From assembly GCF_001194135.2 (NCBI RefSeq), contig NC_068985.1, positions 11,340,568 to 11,404,567 on the forward strand: a stretch of DNA of 64,000 bases. The letters run 5' to 3'. The translations under genes and the position numbers were made by a program. Within the stretch, counting starts at the first letter, position 1, and each line of letters starts with the position of its first letter. The notes under the pieces were generated by a model. The model ran no database searches, was not told the DNA's origin, and saw only the letters and a program-made list of their open reading frames with translations. Shown piece by piece: positions 52,713 to 64,000 of this stretch. This DNA is from Octopus bimaculoides (Eukaryota).

Positions 52713-53295
52713 CTAAATGAGAGGGAGGAGTACTGCATTATGAATATGGTCATCACTTTATAAGCTGGTAAAATGTGATTTGAAAGAGTTTGGCTGCTAT
52801 TTCTAACAAGATAAATAACTGCATATAAGTCTCTCATTAACAATCGCATAAAGTACATGACCCTCTTAGACAATAAATGTCTGGTTTCTAAACCTGAATA
52901 ACTTAACAATAATTGAACGAGATATATCTTAAGTTTTGTATTAAAAACCAAATTAAAAAATAGTGGATAATCATTAAGTATTATACATTTAATTTCCCAA
53001 TTCAATTTTTCTACTAGTTTTAATAATAACCTATGAACGAGGACTCTGAACTCCCGATAGAATGAAGGTGTTATTCTAAATAACATTATTACACTCTGTC
53101 ACCATTTCTCCAAGATATAGATAAGAAATTACAAAAGACGCAGTAGCAACAAACATATGCGTGGGTTTCACTAAAGATTCTGCAAAATTCTTTAAACTTT
53201 TCTTATATTTTTAATCATTGTGAAGATGTTTATAATTAATCTACAAGCTTATTTCAATTAGTACATCAAGAGAAAGGAGAGTGTGAAAATGTGTA

Positions 53296-53354
<59 letters not shown>

Positions 53355-53767
53355 GTGTGGGTGTATGTATGTCTGTGTATGTATAGTTTGATTTATGAAG
53401 ATTTGAAGTTGATACAAACAACTTAGTGTTGTTTAAGAATATTCGTGATTCTCGATGTAAACATGTTATCGTAAACTTAAATATACATTGGTGTCTTAAA
53501 GTGCTTTGCCTTGGCTGAAATCCTACAATGGAGCAATATAAACGCAGTATTTATTCAGACCCAAGTTTGCATTCATCAATGAGATGTATGACGAGACAAT
53601 CGAGTCTCTTTGAAGAGAGTCTTGGAATATAGCATTCAACGTGTGCGATTTGACTAGGATTTGAGGCAGATATCGTTTTTGTATTTCTTTCAGGACACGT
53701 GGTCACGTAGCAGCTCCCACATTGGCTCGTGAACTATAGCCTAATGTATTTCAGCTGCTGTGTACTC

Positions 53768-54222
53768 TTATTTTTTTTACTCTTTTAGTTGTTTCAGTCA
53801 TTTGACTGCGGCCATAGATAATTGTATTTTATCTTTTTCTGCTATCTTTTACTTGATTTCAGTCCTTAAACTGCGACCATGCTGGGGCACTACCTTGAAA
53901 GTTTTATTTGAACAAATTAGCCCCCAAACTGTTTTTTTTTTCTCAATAATAAGCACGTATGGTACTTGTTCAACCAGTTGCTTCCTACCGAATCACTAAT
54001 TTTACAGGGACGTAAACAAACCAGCACTGGTTGTCATGCGGTGATGGAAGACAAACAAAAACACAAGGACACACACACACAAACTGGGTGGCCTTCTTTC
54101 AATTTCCGTCTACTAATTCAACTTATAAAACTTTACCTGGCCCTGTGCTGTGATATAAGACACTAAACTCAGAACTACGTTGTTGCAAGCAAACGTCTTA
54201 CCACACAGCCACTCCTGTGCCT
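53768..54222 (-). mobile_element. SINE family C with an additional tail fragment (53768-53813)
   Basis: TTTCAGTC...ACTGCG.CCAT occurs twice; head revcomp TTACCACACAGCCACTCCTGTGCCT. Confidence 0.88.
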
Positions 54223-54814
54223 ACATCGAACTTTATCAAACTTTAATATATTTGATTCTGATGTGTTTACATTAAATTCAGATATTGTTTCCCAAGCATT
54301 AACCCATAACTAAAAATATTAAAGGGAGAGTTTAGTCGATTAAATCGAACCAAGTTGTACCCAGTTATTAGAAATGCCATTTACATCGTAAGAATTTGCA
54401 AAAAACGATGTCCAATATTTCAGCCTGACAGTCATAACATTTCTAACTTGGGATGTAATCCATTGAGAGTGAAACTATTGCAAGCATGTCAGTAGTGAGA
54501 CTCTGGGATGTTTTAAGCGATACATGGACATCGGACAATAATTTATCCTTACGATTATCGAAAATATTCATGTAAATTTAAAGTTCTTGCATACTCGAAA
54601 GTTGAACTCCGTTAACAAGAACATTATAGCCATTAATATTTCGACATACCCGCTTAAAATATCTTGGAAATCACGAGGTGAAGTCGCTTAAATTCACCCA
54701 TATACTTGACCAGTTCACATTTCACTATTCCAGGAGAGATCCAGGACAAATTTCATTCTGATGTAATTTTAATTGAGAATATATTTAAGTGTGTTTTTGT
54801 TTTCTTTATTGGTT

Positions 54815-55020
54815 TCCAATTATGGCACAAGGCCAGCAATTACGGAGAAAGGACAAGTCGATTACATCGACCCCAGTGTTCAACTGGTACTTATTTTATC
54901 GACCTCGAATGGATGAATGGCAAAGTCAACCTCGACAGAATTTGAAATCAGAACATAAGACGGATGAAATGCCGCTAAGCAATTTGTCTTGCCTGCTAAC
55001 TATTCTTCCAACTCACCGCT
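54815..55020 (-). mobile_element. SINE family B variant
   Basis: GGCACAAGGCCAGCAA, GTCGATTACATCGACCCCAGT, GACCTCGACAGAATTTGAA. Confidence 0.85.
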
Positions 55021-58000
55021 ACTTTATATATTGAATTATAATATCTACTACTTCTAAAAGTCTATGAAACCGTGTAAGGTTAACCTGGGAAGTTACACAA
55101 AATCTCACCACAAAAATATAGCACTTATCTTCATATAATTACGAATAGAGCTTTTTTTTATGTGAGCACAAAGAATGAGAATACAACTTGACGTAGAATA
55201 TAACACTTGAATGAAATGCAGATATTTTCAGTCACGTCGTAGATGGTAATATGATATTATATAAGGATTTCGATAAATATGAAATTGATACACCACAAAA
55301 CCATGTTACTTATTGAAAAATAACATTTTACGTATATAGAAGCAATAGTAAGTTTTCTGAAATTGTTCGTTATCTCTTGAATGACTTCGTTGGGTTGCAT
55401 TTCTGCTTAAATTAAATAACGTATACTCAGATTTATAGGACAAGGGTGTTGAATTTATGGCAAAATATATCTCCTTATTTATTAACGCAAATATTGATTC
55501 AGTAATATTTAAGACATCCTTATTTTTTGTTCTTTTATGGGATCGCTTTTGGGTTTGGGAAAGAGAAAAGAAGAAATAGAACGTGAATATGTATGAATGA
55601 GTAAATGGTATGAATTTTTTTTTTATCGCTATATTATATCGGAAATAAAGAAAATGTCGAAAAGAGAAGAAGACTTGGCACAAGCTGCTTCCGCATAAAG
55701 AAAATCAGTCAAATATTTATACTACTGAATCAGGTGGTAATGTTAAACTATGTGACAGGCACTTTCACCATTGATGCAACGGCTCAGTTGTAGAAACGGC
55801 TGCTCCGGCACTTATCTGAGTAGATCAAGAAGTGTAAAATGAAGTAGCTCGCAGAGAGACCCAACCGTAGTCCTATTCTAGAAATTGAAACTATGGAATT
55901 AAGATTGATAGCCCAACGCGATAATTGTTAGCTGGGCGTCTTTACGTTATATAAAGATTGGTTACAGATAATAATGCTGTAATGCTAATATACTCCAAAT
56001 CGTGTTCCGCTTTACTTAATGTCGGAAACTACAGGTGGGAGGAGACTTGGATTTTCTTGTATTATATTAAACCTATGCAAGTCGACACAAATTTCTAGTC
56101 TATGTTCTTCAGTGATTCATTAACTTCAGAGAGATGAAGGGCAACGTTGATGTAAGCAGAAGCAATCTCAGAACATAAATACAGGAACAATTATTGCAAA
56201 ACATTTGTCTTTCAATACTGCGCTGATTCCTGCAATCTATTGTCTGCAATGATAAACGATTATATAACCATACGCTCATTGGAGGTAGCCGATATGGAAT
56301 GACACACACACACACATAATTCACTTCCATTCTCAAATTGCAAAATAATAATATTAGATTCGTACATGAAACCAACAAAACAAGTTCTACTGTCAGTTAT
56401 TTTTTGAACATCTATAAATGTCCAGATCTTATGCTATTCAATCCTTGGAACGGTAACTAAAGAATTTACAGATATATTCCAAAAATGTTAACAGATCAGA
56501 ATTTAAGCCAAAACATACAATATATAAACAACTTTAAGAAAAATGAAAAGAAGCACAACTAGAAAGCAAAAAAGAATAGAATGTGTAACAATAAAGAAAA
56601 CGGTTCGCAAAAGAATCTGAAATAATAAAATCATAAGCGATATCTGCAGAAACAATAAGAAGGGAGAGAAAAATATTAAGTATAAAAAGAAAACTCGATG
56701 AAAAAATATAACAAAGAAAAAATCAGGAAGCATAAGCTAATGGTTTGATGGTGGGTGTGGGGCCGGGAAATTATTTCGCCAGAAAACACAAGAAGAGTGT
56801 GAATTGGTTACTATAAACAAATTTAAGTATAAAAACAATAGTTGATATGTGTGTGTAGGGGTAGATGTTTTGAGATATACATAGCCGATAGGGAGACTGG
56901 GAGTGGAGCTGGTTATATTTAAATATTTAGGAAGATGAGAGTGAGTGTGTATGTGAGCGGACGTATATATATATATATGTGTGTGTGTGTATACGTACAC
57001 ACACACACACACACATCTATATATATATAGATAGATAGATAAATGCAAATACTAAATATATTCAGAAGATAAACACATATGTACACGCATATAGATATTT
57101 ATATATATATTGACAAATAAATCTAGATTTACATGAAGTATAAAAATATATACACACGTCTGTATATGTTTATCTCATACAATAATAAGTGTGTATGTGT
57201 TTGCGTGCGCGCGCGCGTGTGTATTACATATGTTAGTGTGTGTATGTGTGTATATACTCTGTATTTGACTATGTGTTTGCACCGTGATCATACAATCCTT
57301 AGCTCACAAAATATACATGCGATTGCCCCAGAAGCTGATTGTATCATAAACATTTTGATGTGTCGGACAGTTTTTCTTTACATTTATTTATTTATTTGAT
57401 CGTATTTCTTCTTTCGCTATTTCTCCCAACCAAAATCTCCTCTAATTTATGAAAAGAGGGAACAAAAACATCGTCGTTTGTACGACACAGTTTATTGTAT
57501 AGCATTAACATCCCTATATTAATTCCTCATTAACATCCATTAAGAGAAATAAATCTAGCAAACACTGAGCAATATCTATAAAGAAAGTAGGAATTCCTAA
57601 ATTTTCTCTGAAATCGTGAAACTTCATTCCGGTAGGGTGCGGGGCAATTGCTTTTCAGGATAAAGATTGCGGATGTGGACAGTCAGAATAGAAAAAAACA
57701 CATGAACAAATAAATGAAGGAAAACATATAAAACGACTTTGTTATAGATTCTAACCTGAAAAAAGCGGGAGTATTGTGTAATACTGCTCCCATTCATTGC
57801 ATGCAAGGATAACAGGATAGAGAACGTGTTGTTGCAATTGTGGTGGTTGTATTTGCTGCTGGTTTTGTTCGTTAGTCTCAGATCAGAACTTAACGGATAC
57901 ATGTATAGTTAAAGGTATTGCCATCGTGAACTTTCTCTTTTTAGCCTGTTATGTATGCAAGACTACATTACAAATTGTCTATTTCCTTTGTTTTTAAATG

Positions 58001-59051
58001 AAAATGAAAAAGCAAGATGTCGGTGTATAGGAACCATTTGCGAATCTCCGAGGCAATGATTGAAAGCAGCCAAGTGAGTTATTCTTATATCTTTGAAACA
58101 GGGGACACTGTTGAGAATGCACATAATTCTTCCGAGTTCGCAGTAAAACAGATGACAATTGACCATCGAAGTACAGAAACAAAGCTTTCGACGATTTTCC
58201 GCCATAGATTCCGTCATTCAAATTTTACTCATGATATTTGAGTCAAACTAATGCTGTGCATAGCAGACGATCACTCGAAGGATATCCCAAATTGAACGGA
58301 CACAAAACCACACACCAAGGCCTTAAATCAGATATCTTGTTCTCATTTAATAAACAGTTAAAATGATCCCAAGTAGGTCTTCATATGTTCTTTTTTTTTT
58401 GTTTTTTACATGTTCCGAGTATTTTAAGTTGTTACAAGATAGTATGATATAGTGGTCATCTTCCTTTAAATTAGGGAATGGTAAATATTTAAAATCCGCT
58501 GTGTAATGTCGCACTAAAATTCTATGCATGCGGAAATAAAACTTAAACGACATGAATAGACATCTGAAATGGTATCAGAGTTCTGAATGTGTTAAATCAT
58601 AGATCCTCTTGTGCTGATGTCAAACAGTATAAGAGAAGACAGCGACGTTAAGATTAACAACAATAATTAACGATTATTTAATCACAGAACGCTGCGTGAG
58701 GAGACTAGATACTATAGGGACGAACCTTAGACCAATCATAATCACTGATAGCTAATTTAATGTAGTGCACCCGATATTGTAATCAATACTGCTTGTTGTC
58801 AAAGTATATCGTTAATTAATTATCTGTCTATATATACCTAAATGAAACGGAAAAGTGGAAAAGTAATCGAAAGTGTAAAGATCCAGAGCAGTGATGCTCA
58901 ACAGGGATCCGCATAAACATTGGTGGAGGACCATATAATATATTGTTGCTGAAGTTTGTATTCAATAAATTTGTAATTTGCTACAATAAACAACATATTT
59001 TAACAATTTCTTTTATACAATTTCTAATTAGTCGTGGCTGGGGTCAGTCAT

Positions 59052-59180
59052 ACTGCCTTAATATCTAACACACTCATCGGTTCAATTTCCAAGAATTGAT
59101 GTTGTTTTTGCAACCTTGTCAATGGATATTGAGAGTCAACAATGAATTGAACTGGTGAGTGTGTTAGATATTGAGGCAGT
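59052..59180. mobile_element. Small hairpin element/MITE
   Basis: 36-bp IR 59052-59087 / 59145-59180 with 3 mismatches, 57-bp spacer. Confidence 0.75.
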
Positions 59181-59209
59181 GTTACCCTCCCTACACACAA
59201 CAAAAATTT

Positions 59210-59387
59210 ACATTATAATATACATTATTTACAGTTGACGGATATTTGTCCTCATCTTGTTTGTTGTTAAAACAACGTTTCGGCTGATATACCCTCCAGC
59301 CTTGATCAGCTGTCTTGAGGAAATTTCGAACATGGGTTCTCGTTCCTAAGGTATTCTTCGATGTTGTTATTATTATTGTTATCATCA

Positions 59388-59431
<44 letters not shown>

Positions 59432-59524
59432 GTTGTTGTTGTTGTTATTCGAGTCACTGCTTGGAATCGAACGTGGAATCTTGGGGTTAGTAGCCCGCGT
59501 TCTTAACCACTACGCCATACGCCC
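59210..59524 (-). mobile_element. tRNA-headed repeat unit with (AAT)n spacer and hammerhead-like motif (59269-59314)
   Basis: A box TGGCGTAGTGG (59507-59517), B box GTTCGATTCC (59463-59472); GACAG CTGATCA A GGCTG..CAGCC GAAAC GTT GTTTT. Confidence 0.8.
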
Positions 59525-59530
59525 GCGGAC

Positions 59531-59677
59531 ATTTCCCCAAGACACCTGAAGAAGGCTGGAGAGTACATCAGCCGGAACGTTGTGTTAACAACAAACAAGA
59601 TGAGGACAAATATCCGTCGAATGTAAATAATAATGCAAATAATGTACATAATTCCTCATCTCTAAATATAGAACTGT
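59531..59677 (+). mobile_element. 5'-truncated inverted copy of the same unit with hammerhead-like motif (59541-59586)
   Basis: GACAC CTGAAGA A GGCTG GAGAGTACAT CAGCC GGAAC GTT GTGTT, then AACAACAAACAAGATGAGGACAAATATCCGTC identical to the minus copy. Confidence 0.8.
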
Positions 59678-60017
59678 ACAACAAAAATTTGTTTCAGCAC
59701 ACGAATTCACATAAAGAATTTTACAGACTTCATACAAAAACGAACTAATAATATTTAATTATAAAAATACAATAACATTTTTTTCTTTTAATAGTTCACA
59801 TGGCTACCAGTGTCCAGCAGAGCAAAATGGGAAGCAAGGGGATCCATAGGCAAAGAGTGGTTAAGAACCACAGATCTAGAGAAAGAAAGGAAAATCAAGC
59901 CGTGTTGACTGACAACCGGAAAGATTCTACCTGAGAATGGTCTAAAAAAACTGAAACTTGCAGACAGATACACGACACAAACGCAATGACAGGTGGGGAT
60001 ACACGACATATATATTG

Positions 60018-60387
60018 TGGCACTCTGACTGTTACGACGCCACGGGTTCCTATTGATCCGATAAACGGAACAGCCTCCTCGTGAAATTAACGTGCAAGTG
60101 GTTGAGCACTCCACAGACAAGTGGACCTTTAACGTAGTTCTCGGAGAGATTCAGCGTGACAAAGTGTGACAAGGCTGGCCCCTTTGAAATACAGGTACAA
60201 CAGAAAGAGTGAGAGCAAGTTGTGGTGAAGGAGTACAGTAAGGTTCGCCACCACCTTCTGCCGGAGCCTCGTGGAGGTTTAGATGTTTTCGCTCAATAAA
60301 CACTGACAACGCCCGGTTTGGGAATCGAAATCGCGATCCTAGGACCGCTAGTCCGCTGCCCTAACCACTGGGCCATTGCACCTCCAC
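60018..60387 (-). mobile_element. SINE family A-related, full length
   Basis: Head revcomp TGGAGGTGCAATGGCCCAGTGGTTAGGGCAGCGGAC, B box-like TTCGATTCCC. Confidence 0.9.
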
Positions 60388-60584
60388 ATATATATATTGT
60401 AAATACAGTCCAAAACACAAAACTCTACTAGAGAGGTGTGTTTAAGTCCCGTAGTTCTGCAGTGAAATAATTAAAGAAAAAAGAGAATACATAACTGTAC
60501 AACAACAACAATAATAATAATAATGAAGATGATGATCATTATCATCATCATGATCGTGATTATGGTAACAGGAATAATAATTTC

Positions 60585-60725
60585 TACCAAAGGCACAGAG
60601 TCGATTTCATTGACCCCTATGCTCAACTGGTCCTTAATTCGTTGAACCCAGAAAGATGAAAAGCAAGCGCACAAAGTAAACAGTGGTAAGAAATGACGCT
60701 AAGCATTTTGAGCAACGCGCTAATA
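60585..60725 (-). mobile_element. SINE family B, highly diverged fragment
   Basis: GTCGATTTCATTGACCCC, CTCAACTGG, GCTAAGCATTTT. Confidence 0.55.
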
Positions 60726-60730
60726 GTATT

Positions 60731-60765
<35 letters not shown>

Positions 60766-61075
60766 ATAGTAGTAGTTTCTGTTGTCTCTAGAATCCAGCG
60801 GAGGAGAGTAACGCGTAAACCTTACAAGATAACAGACGTAATTATGATAACAATTGTGAAGATAATGACATCATCAATAACAACAACAACAAAAATAAAT
60901 AAACAAAAAATAAAATAAAATTAATAGTAATAAGATGAAGAAGGAGAAGAAAAATCGAGGAGAAAAAAATCAACAAAGAAAACAAAAAATCAATATTAAC
61001 ATGAAAGGAAACGGTATTAAAAGATAGTAGATTTTTAAATTTAGGTTTACGATCATCAACTTCATCACTATTATT

Positions 61076-61120
<45 letters not shown>

Positions 61121-61857
61121 TCTCTTTAGGACAAACAGCAAGTTAGTAAATGTGACAAATACGAAGAAATATCCTCACTGCGTTCATTAAAGGCGTTTTA
61201 GTCCATAGTAGAGCTCACGTTTCTGATTTCCATCTGAGTAAAATATGTAGGTTGAATCAGAGCAACAGAATGCATAGTGGAACCGAACATTGAGACACGT
61301 GCAGAGTTGTAGATGAATATACGCTTGTATGTGTTTCTGCCTACATATATATGTATTTATATGTAATACTATGGTGAAACGGAAGATGCAGAAGGAGATG
61401 AATGAACAGCGTAGAGTGGTGGCGCTCTTAATTGGTTTGCTGGTTGGCTGTTTCATACAATGGCTGGCTGGCTGGCTGGCTGGTGGGTTGGATGGTTGAA
61501 TGAATGGATGGAGGGATGCTTGAATGTTTAAATGTTTGGTCGGATGGAAAGATGGATGGATGGATGGTGGGTGGTTGATAACCAGTAGTCTAGCTGTGTG
61601 GCTAGCAGTAAAAAAATGTGTATAATTGCTTTGCTAAAGTAGTCAGAGTGGAAGGCTTCGTAGAAGCGAAGCATTTGGACAGGCAGAGGAATGAGTGGAT
61701 GAGATTTTTAGAATGCATTTTTGGTAAAAATAGTTCTGCAGGGTGTGGGTATGAATGGCAATGGATATCGAGATCGAGTAGAGTTTAAGGATTGCTTGTA
61801 TAATTAAATTTAGAAAGCCCGGTCTCATTCAAACGGAAATATTGTTTATCTTTTACC

Positions 61858-62244
61858 ATTCACTTGTTTCAGTCATTGGACTGCAGCCATGCTGGGGCAC
61901 CACCTTTTTAGTCGCATGTATCGACACCTGTACTTATTTTTAAAGTGTAGTTCTTATTCTATCCGTTCCTTTTGCTAAGTCGCTAAGTTACGGGGATGTA
62001 AACACACCAGTACTGGTTGTCCAGCAGTGATGGGCGACAAACGCACATGCAAAGGCACGCACACACACACACACATTCGCGCGCGCGTAATGGCCCTCTT
62101 TCAGTTTCCCTCTACCAAATCCACACACAAGATTGTGCTCACCCCGAGCCTATGATACAAGGCACTTGCCCAAGGTGTCACGTAGTTGGATTGAACACAG
62201 AACTATGTGGTTCAGAAGCAAGCTTACCATATTGCCACGCCTGC
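61858..62244 (-). mobile_element. SINE family C, full length
   Basis: Tail, core and head blocks present. Confidence 0.9.
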
Positions 62245-62291
62245 ATCTGTCTGTATGTTTGTATATATAACAAAAAAATATTGTTAATATT

Positions 62292-62508
62292 ATTTCTTTA
62301 CTGTCCACAAGGAGTTAAACATAGAGGGTACAAACAAGGGATTAAATCGATTACATCGACTCCAGTGCGTAACTGGGACTTAATTTATTGACCCCGAAAG
62401 GATGAACGGCAAAGTTGACCTCGGCGGAATTTGAACTCAGAACGTAGCGGCAGACGAAATACCGCTAAGCATTTCGCCCGGCGTGCTAACGTTTCTGCCG
62501 CTCGACGC
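62292..62508 (-). mobile_element. SINE family B, full length
   Basis: GACCTCGGCGGAATTTGAACTCAGAACG...GCTAAGCATTTCGCCCGGCGTGCTAACGTTTCTGCC. Confidence 0.92.
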
Positions 62509-63534
62509 TGTTAAGATTGTTAATATGTTGTAGGCTTGGAATCGGTACAGTGTATGCTTGAGTTTTATGCAAAGTGTCTTTTCTCTTAATGGAAAACAAT
62601 GCCCAATTTATGAACGATTTGTCTTTGTATAGAGTGCTTTGAACATTCCTCAGAAAGATGGATATATGCGTAGTTTGTATCCTTGTATGCGACAGACAGT
62701 GTTTATATAAATGGAACTGTGATTTCCCCTCAAGATTGAAACAAATGCAACTATACCATTGCCTTGGTTTTTACTGATGACTGCTTGGTTCTCGTACATT
62801 TTTTTGTTATTTGATTGTCATTATTTATAGTTGGCACTATTCAGAGTCTGTCTAAAAGGTTAGAAAGTAATTGAATGGTGTCTTTTTCAGGTAAACTGGG
62901 GCACCAAATTGTGACACTTGCATTTCAGAAAAAATAAAAGAAAGACAACAAAAAAAATTAAATAACGAATGTAGTGACACAGTACATTTGAGGTTCCAAA
63001 TTTGAGCTAATTACTGATTTTTATGGTTGTACGCAATCGGAGAACTCCTTTGAAAATATGTTTTATTGAGATATCAATTAAACGTTCCGGGGGGGGGGGG
63101 CAATTAAACAGGAGCAAGGTCTTTTGAAAGTAATGATGACGCAATGAGTGAAATGTTATAAATGTTTGAATATCAATCGATAGAAATATCGGTAGATTCC
63201 TGGATCAAAGAATATTTCATTGGATTAATGGAGGAACGGGAAAAAAATTAATTGTCGAACGGTTATTATCTGAATGTAAAGGTGCTTGAGGTGCACGAAT
63301 GTTAAATGGTATTACGAATTAAGGTGAAAACTTCCGAGTGATTTAATATAATGGCCGGTCAGATACGTGCATAATGTTTATATAAAGAATTTATTAGGTA
63401 CTTAATTATACAGAAGTGATGAAGGAGATATGCATAGATAAATAAATATATGCAATTAAATGGGGACTGTTAAAGGGATACAGTCTATAAGTGCGGCTAA
63501 CAGCTTAAATAGCTCGTATTCAGTCAAGAATTAG

Positions 63535-63567
63535 ATATTACATATATATACATGCATACATACATAC

Positions 63568-63619
<52 letters not shown>

Positions 63620-63818
63620 AGGGAGAGAGAGAAAAAGGGATAGAGAGAAAGATAGGCAGATAAATAGATAGACAGATAGATTATTAATGTGCCTCTCTAT
63701 CTGTCAATCAAAAGGATTGACAGACATGTTGATAGATAGGTAGACAAATACATAAGTTGGTAAATCGATAGAGAGATAGACAGAGAGACAGATGACAGAT
63801 AGACGGACAGACATAGAC

Positions 63819-63865
<47 letters not shown>

Positions 63866-63995
63866 CATATATAGACAGATAGACAGACAGAGGGATAGAA
63901 AGGTAGTGAGATAGGATAAAATAGATAAAGAGTAAATGAGGTAGAGGGAGAGGGAGAAAGTAAGTGTGAGGGAGAGAGATAGAGAGATAGAATAT
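63535..63995. repeat. (TA)n, (GATA)n, (GA)n compound microsatellite
   Basis: Direct reading. Confidence 0.92.
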
Positions 63996-64000
63996 GGCCT

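Larger units (their letters stand above)
58889..59873. mobile_element. hAT (Charlie-like) MITE hosting nested insertions
   Basis: Left end CAGTGATGCTCAAC, right end revcomp CTGTGGTTCTTAACC (both near CAGTGGTTCTCAAC); 8-bp flanks ATCCAGAG (58881-58888) and ATCTAGAG (59874-59881), the NTCTAGAN-type target. Confidence 0.7.

Noticed and set aside
58017-58241. Overlapping 74-84 aa ORFs on both strands
   Set aside because: No recognisable transposase or host motif; apparent donor and acceptor are only ~26 nt apart
59452-59524. Head as a bona fide tRNA gene (also other SINE heads)
   Set aside because: A and B boxes are present but acceptor and anticodon stems do not pair fully, and heads run into SINE bodies

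Overview
AT-rich, microsatellite-dense animal genomic DNA with 10 N-gaps, almost all beside (TA)n/(CA)n tracts. The SINE families and repeat landscape look like octopus (coleoid cephalopod); this is my recognition, not a database result. The window is mostly intronic or intergenic. It holds about 35 tRNA-derived SINE copies or fragments in three families (my labels A, B, C), decayed relics of a CR1-group LINE, a Dong/R4 LINE, a maT/Tc1 transposase and a mariner end, several MITE/foldback elements and tandem arrays. One 129-nt minus-strand exon is well supported (9631-9759, signal-peptide-like, gene unidentified). Nearly all ORF-track entries are microsatellite or SINE artefacts. The most notable signal is seven minimal type-I hammerhead-ribozyme-like motifs with palindromic stem III in about five unrelated repeat types, often in inverted-copy arrangements typical of Penelope-like elements. 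One is a tRNA(Pol III)-headed hammerhead unit inserted with an inverted truncated copy and a perfect 13-bp target duplication, nested inside a hAT MITE. SINE and relic boundaries are approximate and were read by eye. No rRNA, bona fide tRNA gene or CRISPR array was seen.
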